NCBI RefSeq assembly: GCF_964204645.1
Contig: NC_134033.1
Coordinates: 9,618,655-9,682,654 of the forward strand
Source: Tubulanus polymorphus
Taxonomy: Eukaryota; Animalia; Nemertea
DNA length: 64,000 nucleotides
Direction: 5' to 3'
Position 1 is the stretch's first letter; each line of letters starts with the position of its first letter. The notes under the pieces are model-generated. The model ran no database searches. It was not told the DNA's origin and worked only from the letters and a program-made list of their open reading frames with translations. Both the position numbers and the translations under genes were made by a program. This document shows positions 49,231 through 63,250 of this stretch, one piece after another.

Positions 49231-50520
49231 AGACCTTTACCGGTCGAAAAGTAAGACTACAAAATTTTCCAATACAACCTCAAACGTTATTGAAAGGACC
49301 GTTAGGGGATTCTATTACATGTATTTACACTTCCATACTACAACTTCTCCAAGCCCCTCTTGCAGAATTCACAATCCTGGCGGTAATCGAACGTTGCCGG
49401 ATCCCGGTAAAAGGTAGCGCCGTCATGGCAGTGCACGATGCCAAACTGGGCATCCGTCTGGACGGACTTGCCGATCTTCAAAACAATAAAGTTACGCGTC
49501 ACGGTTGTCTTCTTGGTTGGTGCGGGTTACTTTACTGGAGCCTGAGGGACGTCCAGAATACAGGGCTTCGGACGAAACCGGGAGGGAAATACGGGTACCT
49601 TGACCTTCCCCTTCTTAACTACTTCTGCGATCACGTCCTCGTGGTGATTAGCAAAGGTGTTGCCAACAGTTAACTCTTGCGGGCGCTTCCTAAGCGACGA
49701 CTTCACTCTTAACGGGAGCGGGACTTATTTTCCGCTGGAACCTCGAGCCGCGGCTCGTGGCTGTCAGGGCCGACCTTCTTCCTCTTCGGAGACGGGCTTA
49801 TAATCTCTAGAGACGACGTCTGCGACCACGACTTTCGCGCTCTCGCTTGGAGTCGTTGCATCGACTTCTACCAACGTTCTTTCGAACTAGAAGACGGTCT
49901 TCGTCGAACACATCTTTTCGCCTTATGCAACCACAGGTCCTCTTTCCTCCTGGCATGCGTAATAAACGTGCGTAAAACGATAACATAACTTGCATAACGA
50001 TAACACAACACCCTACTTATCACACGCTTTAACTACTACAGTGGGGCTGCCCATTTATTCGGCCCACTCACCGAACCCCTGTGGGTGACTTACCCGCCTT
50101 CCTGACTTAGTAGTCTGAGGGGAATCACCCAATTAAATGTACGCATAATGTTGTCAACAAATGTAGTAGGCAACTGTTCTAATATGCGCAGAACAAGGAT
50201 TTCACCATACAATTTCGTATCTTTACCAAGCGCGGATAAAGATCTAACGTAAGTTTGTATAACATAATAATAATGACGGACAGACACAACGGTATGGTCT
50301 GGTGACAATCATGTCACGCTGCGAAGGTTTATGATCCTTTAGGTTATTTATCGCCGGTAGTGATCAACGCGAAAATGTTAATTCAGGATCTGTGGAAATT
50401 CGCAGACTTGGGTTGGGAGGACGAGGTACCAACCGAAGTTCAGTATCGATGGCGTTGATTACAGAAGATTTGGATGCAGCATCCCACTACCATTTCGCTC
50501 GTAAGCTGTTTGATACATTA
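49231..50520. mobile_element. Rearranged fragments of a further BEL/Pao element
   Basis: Minus 50090-50308 gag-like IQTYVRSLSALGK..YGEILV.RILEQLP; plus 50315-50480 AKVYDPLGYLSPVVINAKMLIQDLWK..LGWEDEVP (Pao pol). Confidence 0.7.
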
Positions 50521-53500
50521 CCCACCGGCTCGTCCAACGCTGGTATCTTGAACAACGACGATATCTCCTATCTGTATGTCAGGATTCTGATGTTGCCACT
50601 TTGATCTTTCCTGTAAACGAGTAATGCTTCCACACTTGCTCAGTGACGAAATTTACTCTTTTCCATCGACCTCTATAGATATCATTTTCGGTAATTAAGC
50701 TTGTGTCGGTTTCAACCTTAGTTAAACCCATTTAATGATTCGGGGTAATGGCAACTACTGTTGTGTCTTCACATGACGATGCGGTCAGTGGTCGGCTGTT
50801 CATTATCCATTCTACTTTGACAAGAACGGTCCTCAGCTCTTCCTCAGATAGTGTCTGTCTATTTATCAGTCCGTACACAATCTTTCGTACGGACCTGATT
50901 TGTCTCTCGTAGTGACCTCCCATGTGACTAGACAACGCTGGATTAAATTTCCATTCTATGTCATCTTTTGTCAATTTTTCTTCAATGAGTAACTGCTTGT
51001 TCATTTCAAGTAAGTCTTTTCGCATTTCTTTACACGCTCCGATCAAGTTTGTACCATTGTCGGACCGTAATATTTTCGGTCTGCCTCTTCTATTAACAAA
51101 TCTTCTTATGGCTAGTAAACACGACTGGGTATCCAATCTACGCGCTAACTCAAGGTGAATTGCTCTTGTAAAATTAGATGAGAAAAACACTCCATACCGC
51201 TTCTCTTCACGCCGTCCGATTATCACGCGCAATGGTCCAAAGTAGTCGATACTCGAATTTTCGAATGCGTGCGTAGCAGATGTTCGGTCTTTTGGTAAGA
51301 CTCCCATCTTCTGCGTCTCTAACCGTGCCTGGTATTTTCTACATATGGTGCAATCTTTTAGGAGTTTTCTTACGACATTCGTCAGGCCAATTATCCGATA
51401 CTGCTCTCTCAATTTCGAGATGTTATGGTTTCTTCCAACATGACCTTCCATACAATGGGTTCTACGGATAAGTTTGCTGACCAACGGACAATAATCGGGT
51501 GTTTACCCTCGTGTGGGAGCAAACTATCATTCAATCTTCCACCAACTCGTAGGATGCCGCATTCGTCGATCTCGGGCATAGCTTTCTTAGGGGGCTACTC
51601 TTCCATACGGGTTGGTGTCGGTTTTAACACTTTCAATTCATTCGTAAAGTGTTTTCGTTGAATGGCTCGAATAACTGCTTCTTTAGCCTCCCGTCGAATA
51701 TTCACAGGACTTAATCCGTCGGAGGATTTCTTTCCAACCACAATCTCAACAAAAGTAAGGATCTTCTCCCATTCAGATATTCGATTCAATATTTCGATTG
51801 TGGCTTCGACGCCTTCAATATCGGTCGTTGGTTGCTCATCCGTGATGATGCGATAAAGCGTCGGCTGTGCAGACGTTTCTTCAACTGGCCAATCTGTTTC
51901 CGGTAACGCTAAGTATTTTGGTCCTTGTTGCCACAGAGTACCAGCTAGTTCTTTCGCGTTAACTCCTCTGGACGCAAGATTTTCCTTTCCTGGGACATGT
52001 TTCCAGTCTTCGACATGGGTAAGTGTTAAGATCTTTCCAATTCGGTTCCTGACGAAGACTGACGTTCTTATGGTGTCACTTCTTAAGTAATCCAGGACAA
52101 TTCTACTGTCCGTCCAATTTGTGCTTTTCTGTAGTGGTAGTCGTAGTTCTTTCTTGAGCTTTGCTGTTGTTCAAGGTCCTAGAACTGCTGCTACAAGCTC
52201 TGCTCTTGGTATGGTTTCTCCTTTGAGAGGATTTACCCTCGATCTTGCATAAACCAGCTTGACTTCTGTTTTGTTCGTGTTTTTGGTTCGGATGTAAGCG
52301 ATAGCTCCGTGTGCCTTTTCTGATGCATCGCTTAACACATGAAGCTGGTATGTGTCACTGGTATGTGGACTGTGACTGGTGATGCATCTTTCAAATTAAA
52401 TTTCGGTTACGGCTTGAGTCCCGTCTCTCCATGTCATCCACTGTTTGAGTTGTTCATCGGGAATCGGGTCATCCCAAGTCAGCTTCAGCTTACAGAGGTA
52501 CTGTGCTAGTATTCGACAATTAAGTATCCATGGTGATACTAGCCCGTATGGATCAAATAGTTTGGTCATATTTGATATCAGTTCTCTTCTTGTCTTAACG
52601 GTCTTCAAATCTGGTGCTCGATAGGTAAGTTTGTCGGTTTGCGGTTTCCACTTCATTCCCAGCGTGGGGTGTTCGCTGGAGTCTTCCTTTCCTACGTTTA
52701 TGTCGCTTCCTGCAGCAGCTCTCCGATCCTCGGGTATGTCGTCCAACACTTCTGGGTCTGTACTTGCGTACCTTCTCACTGGAAAGCCGTAGCGATCGGA
52801 TGCTTCATGAACAACCGTTACTTCTTTCTGTGCGCTCTGTGCATGCGTCCAGGAATTCAAATTATCGTCGACGTAGAATGCCTGGGTTGCTGCTTTACAG
52901 ATCTCTTTATCTCCATGGCGCGACTGTTCTACTAAGCCGTGTCTCAGTACGTGGCAATTGCTGGTGACGGTCTAGATCCAAATGGATGCACGGTCCATCT
53001 CCACTCTTCAGTATTTCCTAAATCATCTATCCATAAGAGTCTGTATACCAATTCCGATCTTTAGGGGATACTTAAATTTGATGAAACATTCCCTGAATGT
53101 CGCTGCTTACAGCGACTGGATATTCCCTGAATCTTATCAGGACTCCATCCAGTCTGTTGGTGAGATCAGGTCCTTTCATCAGAAAGTTATTCAAGGAGAT
53201 GCCGTTTTGCTGCGCTGCTCTGTCTTCAAAACAATAAAGTTACGCGTCACGGTTGTCTTCAATTCGTCGTTTGGAACTGCGGTTTTGGTTCGATACTCCA
53301 TGGTGAGGTAAATACCACTTTTCAATTTCTTCGTTCGGGACCCTCTCGATGTATCCCTTTTTCTTGAGTTCTGTCATCTGCTCGTGGTACTCTTCACTGA
53401 ATTTCTCATTCCTATTCATTCGTTTAATTACTCCCATCAGTCTCCTTTCAGCCATCAGTCTACTATTGGGTATAGGTGGCAATGGCCTTTATAGCGGTAT

Positions 53501-56333
53501 TCCTACTTCATAGCGATCACCAGTGTAGTGTTTGACAGCTTCTTTGGTTTGCATGAAGCGTTTTTCTTCTGGAGAGATTTGAACCTCTTCACCAAGCGAT
53601 CCTTCATCGAACTCTCGGGAGAAGTGTGCATTAATGTTCTTGTTTGGATCATCTATCGAAATTTTATTGACTGAGGTGGATCTGTACGCCGACCGACCCA
53701 TCTGGACTGGCCCAAGTAGTGTCCAGCCAATTGCTGTTCGCATAGCATAGGTCCTTCTCGTTCTGTGGGAATTATCTCAATTGGTCGTATTGCTTCCGGT
53801 ACATTCGCGCCTAAGAGTAATCCGACTGGAGCGTCTACAAATTTCAAATCGACGTTTCTCGACCGATGATACTTCGAGACATCCTTTACGGTTGCTATTT
53901 CCTTCCTGTTAATATAATAATAATATAATACGGTGGGATGGGTGTAGAGCTCGTGGAGTTTGACCCAATTCCCTCCTGCTAGGCCTCGTACTTCCAAGTT
54001 TCGGATCTTTCTTGCTTCAATTTTGCTGTTTGTCTGTAACATGGTAGACAGATCGAAGGTCGTGGCTTGTCCTCTCAGCCCCATCTTCTTAGCCAAAGCA
54101 TCAGTGATAAAGCTGGCCCCGGCCCCAGTATCAAGGAATGCGTTCGTAGTAATTTCGACTCCATTGTCCAGACTACGAAGTTTCACCGGTAATACAGCCA
54201 TAGCTATAGTCCCTTGAGACCCAACTCTTCTTGAGTAAACAGGTTCAGGTGCATCGCGTGCCGCTTGTTGGCCATGCTTCGTTGGTTCTACTTTGCTGTT
54301 TTCTTGTTTCTTCATTACCGGACAATCTCTAATCATGTGCCCTCGTTCTAGGCACTTATAACATCGGCCTATTCGGTCAGTTCTTGTCAATCGCTTCAAT
54401 TTCCAACACTCCTGGAGCAAGTGACCTCCCTTGCAGTGATGGCAGTATTAATTTCGTTCATTGGACGCTACGTTATATACGGGTCTTAGATTTGGTCGCT
54501 GATTCTTCCATGTTGATTTAGCTTCATCTTCTTGGGTCAAATGTTACCAAGTCTTCGTATCTTGCTGGATATCCAGTCTTACTGAAGATATCCGTATCCC
54601 GTCTGATCCATTTATATCGTAGGCAATCTGGTAACTTGTCGACAATCTGGTTCATTGTTGTTGGATGTTCTAGCTCTGTTAACCGCCCTAGCCCCTTTAA
54701 TGCGTTGAAGCTATCTCTTAGAAGAATAGCATATCTGTCCATCTCGACTGGCGCTTTCATAGATCGTCTAGGCCAGGCTTTCAACTTTTTTACGTATGCT
54801 CGACTTGTGTCATATGGAGCGCCATAACTGGCTTCCAACAGACTCATTGCCTCATTGTAACCTTTATTTGGTGAAGGGTGAACACAGCCACGTACATGTG
54901 AAGTACCAGTTGTAAAGGCCCTTAACTGTGTCAACCTCTCTCTGTCGGTGTCCGTCGATTTCGCTACATATTCTTCAAAATCAATCAGGAATTCAAGAAA
55001 CCTTGTTTCATCACCGTTAAATTTCTCTGGTTCGGATTTCGGAAGACGCATCTGCTTTGTCAAGTCTCGTTGTGTGTCTGCAATGGCCGAAAGTGCCCGT
55101 TCGGTAGCCTGTGTCATGGTTGTAGCGTGGGATGATCCGCTGACGTCAACAGCTACGTCATGGTAATCGGTTCTGCCATTTCTTGGCACCGGCTCAGCTC
55201 GGCTGGTCTCTCTAGTTAATGACTCAACTTGTGGTGTCACTGCTGATGGTAGGTCAGATATACCTTCAACCCTTGGCATTTCTGGTGGTGATGACTACGG
55301 TGGTGAAGTCTCCCTTTCTATGTCTGCTACTCTGTCTGTGATGGTCTCAGCTCTGGGTGTAGACGTATTGGTAGGCATTGAAGTTATTCGTTTTGGTAGA
55401 AATGGGACTGCGTCTGGGTGAAGTTCACTTCTCTGTGGTATTTCTATAATCGTATCACCTTCCATTTCAGCCATCGACGCAATCCAACCTGTGACCTCCG
55501 CTCGAAACTGCTCATACCCATCAGTTGTAGAGTCACAATATTCCTGGTCAGTTTCACGTTGTTTTATGGTTAGCTTAGCTTCGAGTTGGTAGTTTGTGTG
55601 ACACTTGAGAAATTTCACAACCAGTTCATCGTACTTATTCAATTCGTGTTCGACTCTTTTCGTATCAAGACATGTTTCCATTAATCTTTGAAGCAAGTTT
55701 TTCTTTGCGGTAACGCGCCCGGTTAAAAGGCAGACCGACTGTGTTTCAACTGCTTCATATCTTCTTCTTTGTCTAATTTGCTTGTCGCTACTCGTCTGGT
55801 CGGCCTCCCTAGTGGAAGGGCTCACGATTAATGCTGAATCTTAATTTTCATCGGTTTCAATTTCTCTTGTCAGCATCTTGACTGCTCACTAGAGTTTTCG
55901 GTGTTGCTCATGATTAAATCTATATCACCCTTTGGAGGCCTCACGTAGTGCTTCCGAAATTATGTAACTGGGTGTTCTGGTTGATGGTGTGAAAAGTAAT
56001 AAACTTTACTCACAGTTCTTCGATGTTTATTTTCTAATGGGTTCGTGGTCCATGGTCCAATCCGTTTACATACAGCAGTCTTCCTCCGTTCCAAAACATA
56101 TCAGTGTAGTTGGCTCCATTAATGCGAAGAAGACCTTTCTTTAGGATTTATATTGGATTTTAATATCGAGACATAAGGAACATGTAATGATGAAATGCTG
56201 ATCTGAAATTAATAACATATGGAATTTAAACTCTGATCTTAAATAAATTTGAACACTGATCTTAGATTAATTTCCTATTTAAATCATTAATTATCAAATA
56301 TAATAGAATACAAATTAAGTGGTCAAACTTACA
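50520..56333 (-). mobile_element. BEL/Pao LTR retrotransposon 2: 5' LTR, gag, protease, RT, RNase H, integrase; decayed, 3' LTR missing
   Basis: gag LPKSEPEKFNGD and CCHC knuckles; protease AFLDTGAGASFI; RT WYLPHHGV, FYVDD; LFDPYGLVSP; RNase H LSDASEKAHG; integrase IDYFGP, SDNGTNL, HMGGHYERQIRSV. Confidence 0.95.
55963..56333 (-). repeat. 5' LTR of BEL/Pao element 2
   Basis: TGTAA...TTACA termini, internal AATAAA on the minus strand, ~140 bp upstream of the gag ORF. Confidence 0.65.
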
Positions 56334-56399
56334 TGTTTTTTGACCAATATATTCTCCTCAATACTCGTTTAATTGCATGAAATCTAATCTCTAAAAAGA

Positions 56400-57385
56400 A
56401 TCGACGTGTCGCTCGTTGTATCTACAAAAGCTCTCATCCTAGATTTTGTTGGTTACACGTGATCAGGCTCTCGATGAGCTATTCGTACCACTAACACCGT
56501 ACCATCCTTCGCCCTACGTCTTTACAGTGCGGCTTCTACCGATCCAAGTGCACGACTTTGACCGTCACATTTGGCATGGACATACGGAAAGTAACGTCAC
56601 TCAACACGTCAAGGACCTTACATGGCCCGATCCAATGCGGCCACAACTTTGGTGATTTCCCCTCAGGTACTGCCGGAGAGTGGGGCCAGACCTTCGCTCT
56701 CTCATAAGCCAAAGACAATCCCTCTCGAAGCTCCTTAGCATACAAATTACTTTCCTAGACGGGAAGCAACGGCCGACCTGACTGCAGGTCCAAAAGCATA
56801 TGGACTTCTCGGCCAAACACAAGGAAGTTTGGGGTTAATCCCGATGCACCGTGTCGTGCGGCTCTATAAGCCATCGTAACAAACGGAAACTGAGGTCCCA
56901 GTCATCCTGGCTCGACTCAACTACGAGCGTTAACTCCGACAACAGGGTACGATGAAACCTTTCTACGACACCGTCAAGACCATGGGTGGTAAGCTGTAGT
57001 GCGAGTTTGCTGAATCGCCCGCAGTTTGCACACACTTCTCTAAATAACTTCGACATAAAGTTGCTCCCTTGATCCGAGTGCAGAAACTCCAGGAATACCT
57101 AGTCGGGCTAAGAAATCCCGTGTCAACAAATCGGCAACGGTTGACGCCTCTTTATTGGGAATAGGGAAGGCCTCCACCCACTTGGTGAATTAATCGGCTA
57201 CTACTAACATAGCCACATTCCCACGTCCGTTTCCGGGATTCTTACCCGCTACACACTCCTGAAACTGCCGGCACCACAACCTGATATCAAACTCAATCTC
57301 ACACCAAAAGTATCGTGCATGAACATTAGTCAACGCACGTTTTATCCCGAAATGACCGGAAGTTTGGGAACCATGGAAATTCAGT
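56400..57385 (-). mobile_element. Ty3/Gypsy integrase remnant
   Basis: H...SGHFGIKR....ARYFW...IRLWCRQ..EC; HSDQGSNF; DGVVERFHRTL; QDDWD; GKSPKLWPHWIGPCKVL...VVHLDR (GPY/F-type module). Confidence 0.85.
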
Positions 57386-57992
57386 GAGACTTCAACTCTA
57401 TACACTCTTGGCAATACGGGATATCGACAAATTTTAGTTCTGGATTTTCTAGTTTGATGGCGCTAGTTAGAACCGGAAGTTGGAACCTAAATCCGCCATG
57501 TTTTAGTTCATTTGCAATAGAAATTTCTCGGTTCAAGCATTGGGAGAGCGTTTTCTTACTTACTATACATCTACAAGGTGAATCCTTTAAATATGATATC
57601 CTCACAACACATCAGATACGATGAAACATCACTTTACAGCTATATATTTCTTATAAATGTTTTGAAATTACCAAAAAAAACACAAACTCAGCCTAAAGTC
57701 TGAAAATTGCAGACGAGGGGAAGACTGGTTGCCGATCTTCCCTTGGTGGCAGCACATGACCGTACAAAACATTTGTTGCGGGCTACAGATATATCGGGTT
57801 CGAGCCCCGGCATTTTCAGCTTTAATTTATTGGTTATCATGTCGTGCGGATCTTCGCTCGTCAAAATAACCGAAAAAGATGTTTCAGAATATGGAAGACG
57901 AAAATACAATACAATATTCTAAGATTTATTTTCAAATACCATATATGCGCAGTTCGAGTCTCATTATATGTATTTTTCTTGCAGTTTCGAAT

Positions 57993-58735
57993 ATGCCGAA
58001 ATTAACATGTGCTTTATTTGGATGTTCGAACTCATCTCGGAAACTAACGCAGTGGAGAAAAAGAAATGTTTACAACACAATGATCTCCATTCACGGTGCT
58101 CTTGTACCCCACCGTTCACGTTATTCAAATTTCCGAAATTAGGTTACGAAACGAAAATTTGGATTAGATTAATTAACAGAAAAGAATGGACCCCAGCACC
58201 AAGTAATCGGATATGTCCCTATCATTTTCCCGAAGGACAACCACCCGTACCCAATTAAACATTTAGGGTATGAATTTGCTGCCAGACCAACAGCAAGATC
58301 TAGTACCATAAAACTGATTAAGTTAAACGATGCGTGCTCATCACATGTTGGTTTAGAAAGCACAGTTTCATCCGACGTAGAAAGGGAGTCTTTAATATAC
58401 TCCAAGAGCGAGGATACTGTAGGAGCAGACGTCCTGGAATCGACGGTCGAGGAATCAGCAGAAATCTCCGAAAATCGAGAAGTAGTTGCCGATATAGTAA
58501 CAGCAGCAGTAACAACAAGTGCAGAGACGAAATCCATTAACAAACCAATTTTCATTAAAGTTTAAGTCAAAACAGCAAGAAATTACAACAAACAGTTTGG
58601 TTTTGAAAGACTTGCTGAAGAAATGTGCATTATATTAAGTATTATACTGGCATCAGAAAAAAAACGTTCAATGGATTATTTTCTTTGTTTGAAAAACCAG
58701 TTGAAACTATAAGAATGTGACATGGAAGTGCACTC
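57993..58735 (+). pseudogene. THAP zinc-finger N-terminus of a PIF/Harbinger-like transposase, truncated
   Basis: MPKLTCALFGCSN...FKFP...WIRLINRKEWTP...RICPYHFPEG (THAP C2CH), followed by ...YYTGI..F..LF, typical of Harbinger transposase N-termini. Confidence 0.75.
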
Positions 58736-58893
58736 TTTGAGTAATAGGGAATAAGTTGTTTCATACCAAAGGTCGAAAGGTCGAGCTCATAAAAAATGAA
58801 AAAATAAATTCTCGCACGCTCGAATTTATTTTTTCATTTTTTATGAGCACCTTCAACCTTTGATATGAAACAACTTATTCCCTATTACTCAAA
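58736..58893. repeat. 158-bp palindrome at the start of Polinton-like copy C
   Basis: tttgagtaatagggaataagttgtttcata...aaaataaatt-ctcgcacgctcg-aatttatttt...tatgaaacaacttattccctattactcaaa. Confidence 0.92.
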
Positions 58894-59171
58894 ATATTCA
58901 TACTTATAGACATAATTTACATGAATTTCATATAAGTAATAAGAAAAGTGGGGTTTCAGGCCAGAGGGCGGAGGGCGAGCCATTATAGATAGATAGATAG
59001 ATAGATAGATATATTTTAAACATATTTCAATATTTATATTTGTATGAGTTAGATTTTTAAACATTAAAAGTGTCAGTAAAGTGTGATTGAAATAATTCAT
59101 ATCTAAATCATTGAATAACATATAAATGAATAACTTCTAACATCAATTTTAATAACAAATTTAGTATTAAA

Positions 59172-62100
59172 ATGGAAACAAAAGTACTACCGTCCGATAT
59201 GTAATATCAATATAGATAAATCTCAAAAAGCAAGACACAATAAAACTAAAACACATTAAGAAAATAAATTAAAGTTAAAATATAAAGATGATATATTAGA
59301 AACTAAATTAGATGAATTAAACTGATAAAAGATATTATAAAGAACATTTAAAATCCAAAAATCATATTAGAAATAAGAATAATGATATTTTAGGTGAGAA
59401 ATTATTTTGATAAAGATAATGATAAGAAACAGAAGACAATTAAAAGAATAAAAAATAAATTAAACAGTAAAAGACCATATATGGAAGATGTAAGAAATTA
59501 TATAAATTCATTAGATAATAAAAAGGAAATAGAGATAACCGAAGCATTTAAAAGTGATATTTGTCCAGCAGCTATCGAGTTTAAATTTCATAAAGGAAAA
59601 ACATTAGAAGAAAATAAAAAACATTTAGAAAATATGAAAAATATTATAAAAATAATTACTGATGTTGAATACCCAAAAATTAGTATATCTTCTAAAGTAA
59701 AGTTTATAAAATCTGAAGATAAACCAATATATAATATAAATTCTCATTCACAACATATTATATCTAAACAACATATAGATGATAAATTAGATAAATGTTA
59801 TAATGAAGTAAAAACTAATACACAAGAGAAATATTTTGAAGGATCTGGTTTTATATTTGGTGAAATAATATTTATGATTTTGTGTTATAAACATGTAAAC
59901 TAAATCAAAACCAATTGATGAAAATAATTCATCATATTATAAAGATGATAGTATAAATGGATCAAGTTATAGCAAATTACCATTTAAAACTAATGCTGTT
60001 ATAAATGTACAAAATTCTGATGATAAATGTTTTCTATGGTCAATTATTAGTTGCTTACATCCAACAGAAGATATTACACATAGTTTTAGATTAACAAATT
60101 ATAAACCATTTGAAAATGATTATAAGATAGATAATTACCCAGTTAGAATTAAAAATATCCCAAAAATAGAAAGAGATAATAATATAAGGATAAATGTGTT
60201 TGATTTACTCAAATTACCAAAAAATAAAGGTAACTATATAAAACATTATACAATAGAACCTTTATTCCAATCAAAAGATTATGATTCAAATGATGTTATA
60301 GATATATTATATTATGAGAATCATTATATGTGGATTATGATTTTGATAATAAAATTTATCTATGTAGAAAATTGTTTACATAAATTCAGAACTGAAAGTG
60401 CATTATTAAATCATAAACAATTATGTGATAATCATGATTATTGTAAAATAGTTTTACCAAATGAAAAGGATAAAGTATTAGAATTCAAAAAAATATGATT
60501 ACAAGAATAAAATACCATTTATAATATATGGAGATTTTGTATCATTAAATAAAGAATTAACTGATCAAGATAGTAAAGAAATATATTGTAAAAGAAAGAA
60601 ATTAAATTCTAATGAAAATCATATAATTGATTATTCAGATCCCCTAATAACAAATACAATTAAAAAGATTCATCAATCAGCTGCAGCTTTTGGATTATAT
60701 ATTAAATCTGATTATCCAGAACTAATTAAAAGTGAATATTATCATTATAGAAATGAAAATGTTATCAATCATTTTTGTGACTTATTAATTGAATATGAAA
60801 TCAAATTAAGTAAACTATTAGATACAAACATAGAAATTATAATGACAGAAGAAGATAAAGAAGCGTTTGAGTTTGCAGATAAATGTTATTATTGTGAAAA
60901 ATTAAATATTAATAAAATATTAATAAAAATTAAAAATATTTAATTTTAGAGATGAAAAAGTAAGAGACCATGATCATTTAAATGGAAAGTTTAGAGGCGC
61001 AGCGCATGAGAATTGTAACTTACAAGCTAAGAAAATTAACTTTGTTCCAGTAATATTTCATAATTTATCAGGATATGACGCACATTTATTTATCAAACAG
61101 CTATGTCATAAAATAGAAGAAATCAATAATGTAAATTCATATAAATCAAAAGATAAAATACCAACATATAAATTTAAAATGTTAGCTAAAACATCTGAGA
61201 ATTATATATCATTCCAATTTGGGTGTCTAAGATTTATAGATTCATATAGATTTTTAGGTAGTTCATTAGATAACTTATCAAAATCATTAGTTGATGATGA
61301 ATTAAGAATATTAAAACAACACTATCCAAATAATGATGATTTTCAATTAATGAGATATAAAGGCGCAATTCCATATAGTTTTTATAAATCACATAATGAT
61401 TTCAATATAACTGAATTATTAAAAGAACAATTTTATGATGAATTAAAAAATGAATATGTTAAAGATGAAGTATATAATAGAACATTGAATATTTGGAATC
61501 ATTTCGGAATGAAAAATCATGGACAATTAGTAGATTTATATTCAAAATCTGATGTATCATTATTATCGGATATATTTGAAAGGTTCAGAGATGTAAATGT
61601 TAGATATTTTAATATTGATCCATGTCATTGTTATTCATCACCAGGATTAACTTGGGATTGTGGTTTAAAATTCACAGATATAAAAATGGATTTGTTAACA
61701 AATATAGGTCAATTATTATTATTTGAAAAATCTATAAGAGGAGTTTCGGGTGTATTAGGTGATAGATATTTCAATGTAAATGATAATCCTGGATATAAAT
61801 TATTATATATAGATGCAAATAATCTATATGGTTGGGCAATGATGGAACCACAACCTTATGGAGTATTTGAAATAAATGAAGTTTTACAACATGAAAATAA
61901 TGATAAATTTGATTGGAAGAAAAGAATTCTAGATATTGCAGATGATTCAGAGACTGGTTACTTCTTTGTTGTAGTCTTGGAATATCCTGAACATATTAAA
62001 TTTAAATCTAGAAATCTAGCATACTGTCCAGAACATAAAACTGTAACATATAATGAATTATCAAATTATCAAAAAAGAATTAAACCCGAAAATCATATTC

Positions 62101-63221
62101 ATACAGAAAAGTAAATGGCAACTGACGAAGATAAATATAATTATGTTGTACATTATAGAATGTTGAAGTTTTATCTAAAACAAGGAATGATCCTAAAAAA
62201 AGTACATAGATATATTTGATTCAGTCAATCTAAATGGTTAGAAAAATATATAGATTTTAACACCAAACAGAGAACTAAAGCTAAAACTGATTTCGAAAAA
62301 GATTTCTTTAGTTAAAAAAAATAATAAATTATAATTTAAAAAAATTTAAATTAATTTAAATTTAAAAAAATTTAAATTAAAAAAAAGTTAATGAATAATG
62401 CATTCTATTTTAAGACTTGTGAAAATATTAGAAATAGAAATGATATTGAGTTAGTCAGTAATGGTAAAAGAATTATACATCTACAAACATATCCTAAATT
62501 TATGGGTAACAAAATATTTGATGAAAATTTAGCTGCAGTTAAGATGAGGAGAACTTCTATGAAATTTAATAAACCAACTTATGTTGGTGCTTCAGTTTTA
62601 GAATTATCAAAGTTATTAATGTATGAATTCTATTATAACGTATTACAACCTCATTTTGGAGAAAAACATATAGAAATCTTATATTTTGATACAGATTCTT
62701 ACATAATAAAGATAAAAACTAATAACATAACTGATGATTTAAAAACATTAAAACATCATTTTGATTTCAGTAATTATCCTAAAGATCATGAATTGTTTAG
62801 CAATGATAATAAAAAGGTGCCCGGTAAATTCAAAGATGAATTAGGTGGTGAAGAAATGATAGAATTTATAGGTATTCGATCTAAAATGTATTCATATAAA
62901 ACTAAAGAACATGAAGCTAACAAGTTAAAAGGAATTACCAAAAGTGTAGTAGAAAAGAATATTCATTTCAAAGATTACATCAATTGTATATTCAAAGAAG
63001 AGGTTAGAAAACATAAGATGAGATGTTTAAGATCTGAAGATCATGAAATGTTTATTGAAGAGATAGAGTAGATAAGTCTAAACCCATTTGATGATAAAAG
63101 ATATATTTTAGATGATGGTATACACACAGTTGCGTATGGTTGCAATTTAGATGAATACTTACAATTTAAAAGAGAAGAAACAAAAGAGAAGGAAATAATG
63201 AAAATTATTCTAGCGTGTTAA
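59172..63221 (+). pseudogene. polB: Full-length pPolB with N-terminal zinc-finger-like segment and endonuclease VII-like insert; several stops and frameshifts
   Basis: INVQNSDDKCFLWS, ENHYMWI, YGDF, DHDHLNGKFRGAAHENCN, FHNLSGYDAHLF, YIDANNLYGWAM, MNNAFY.KT, YFDTDS, KKVPGKFKDE, RSKMYS, KLKGI, FDDKRY. Confidence 0.95.
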
Positions 63222-63250
63222 TCAAATTTTAATAAAAACATGTATTATAA

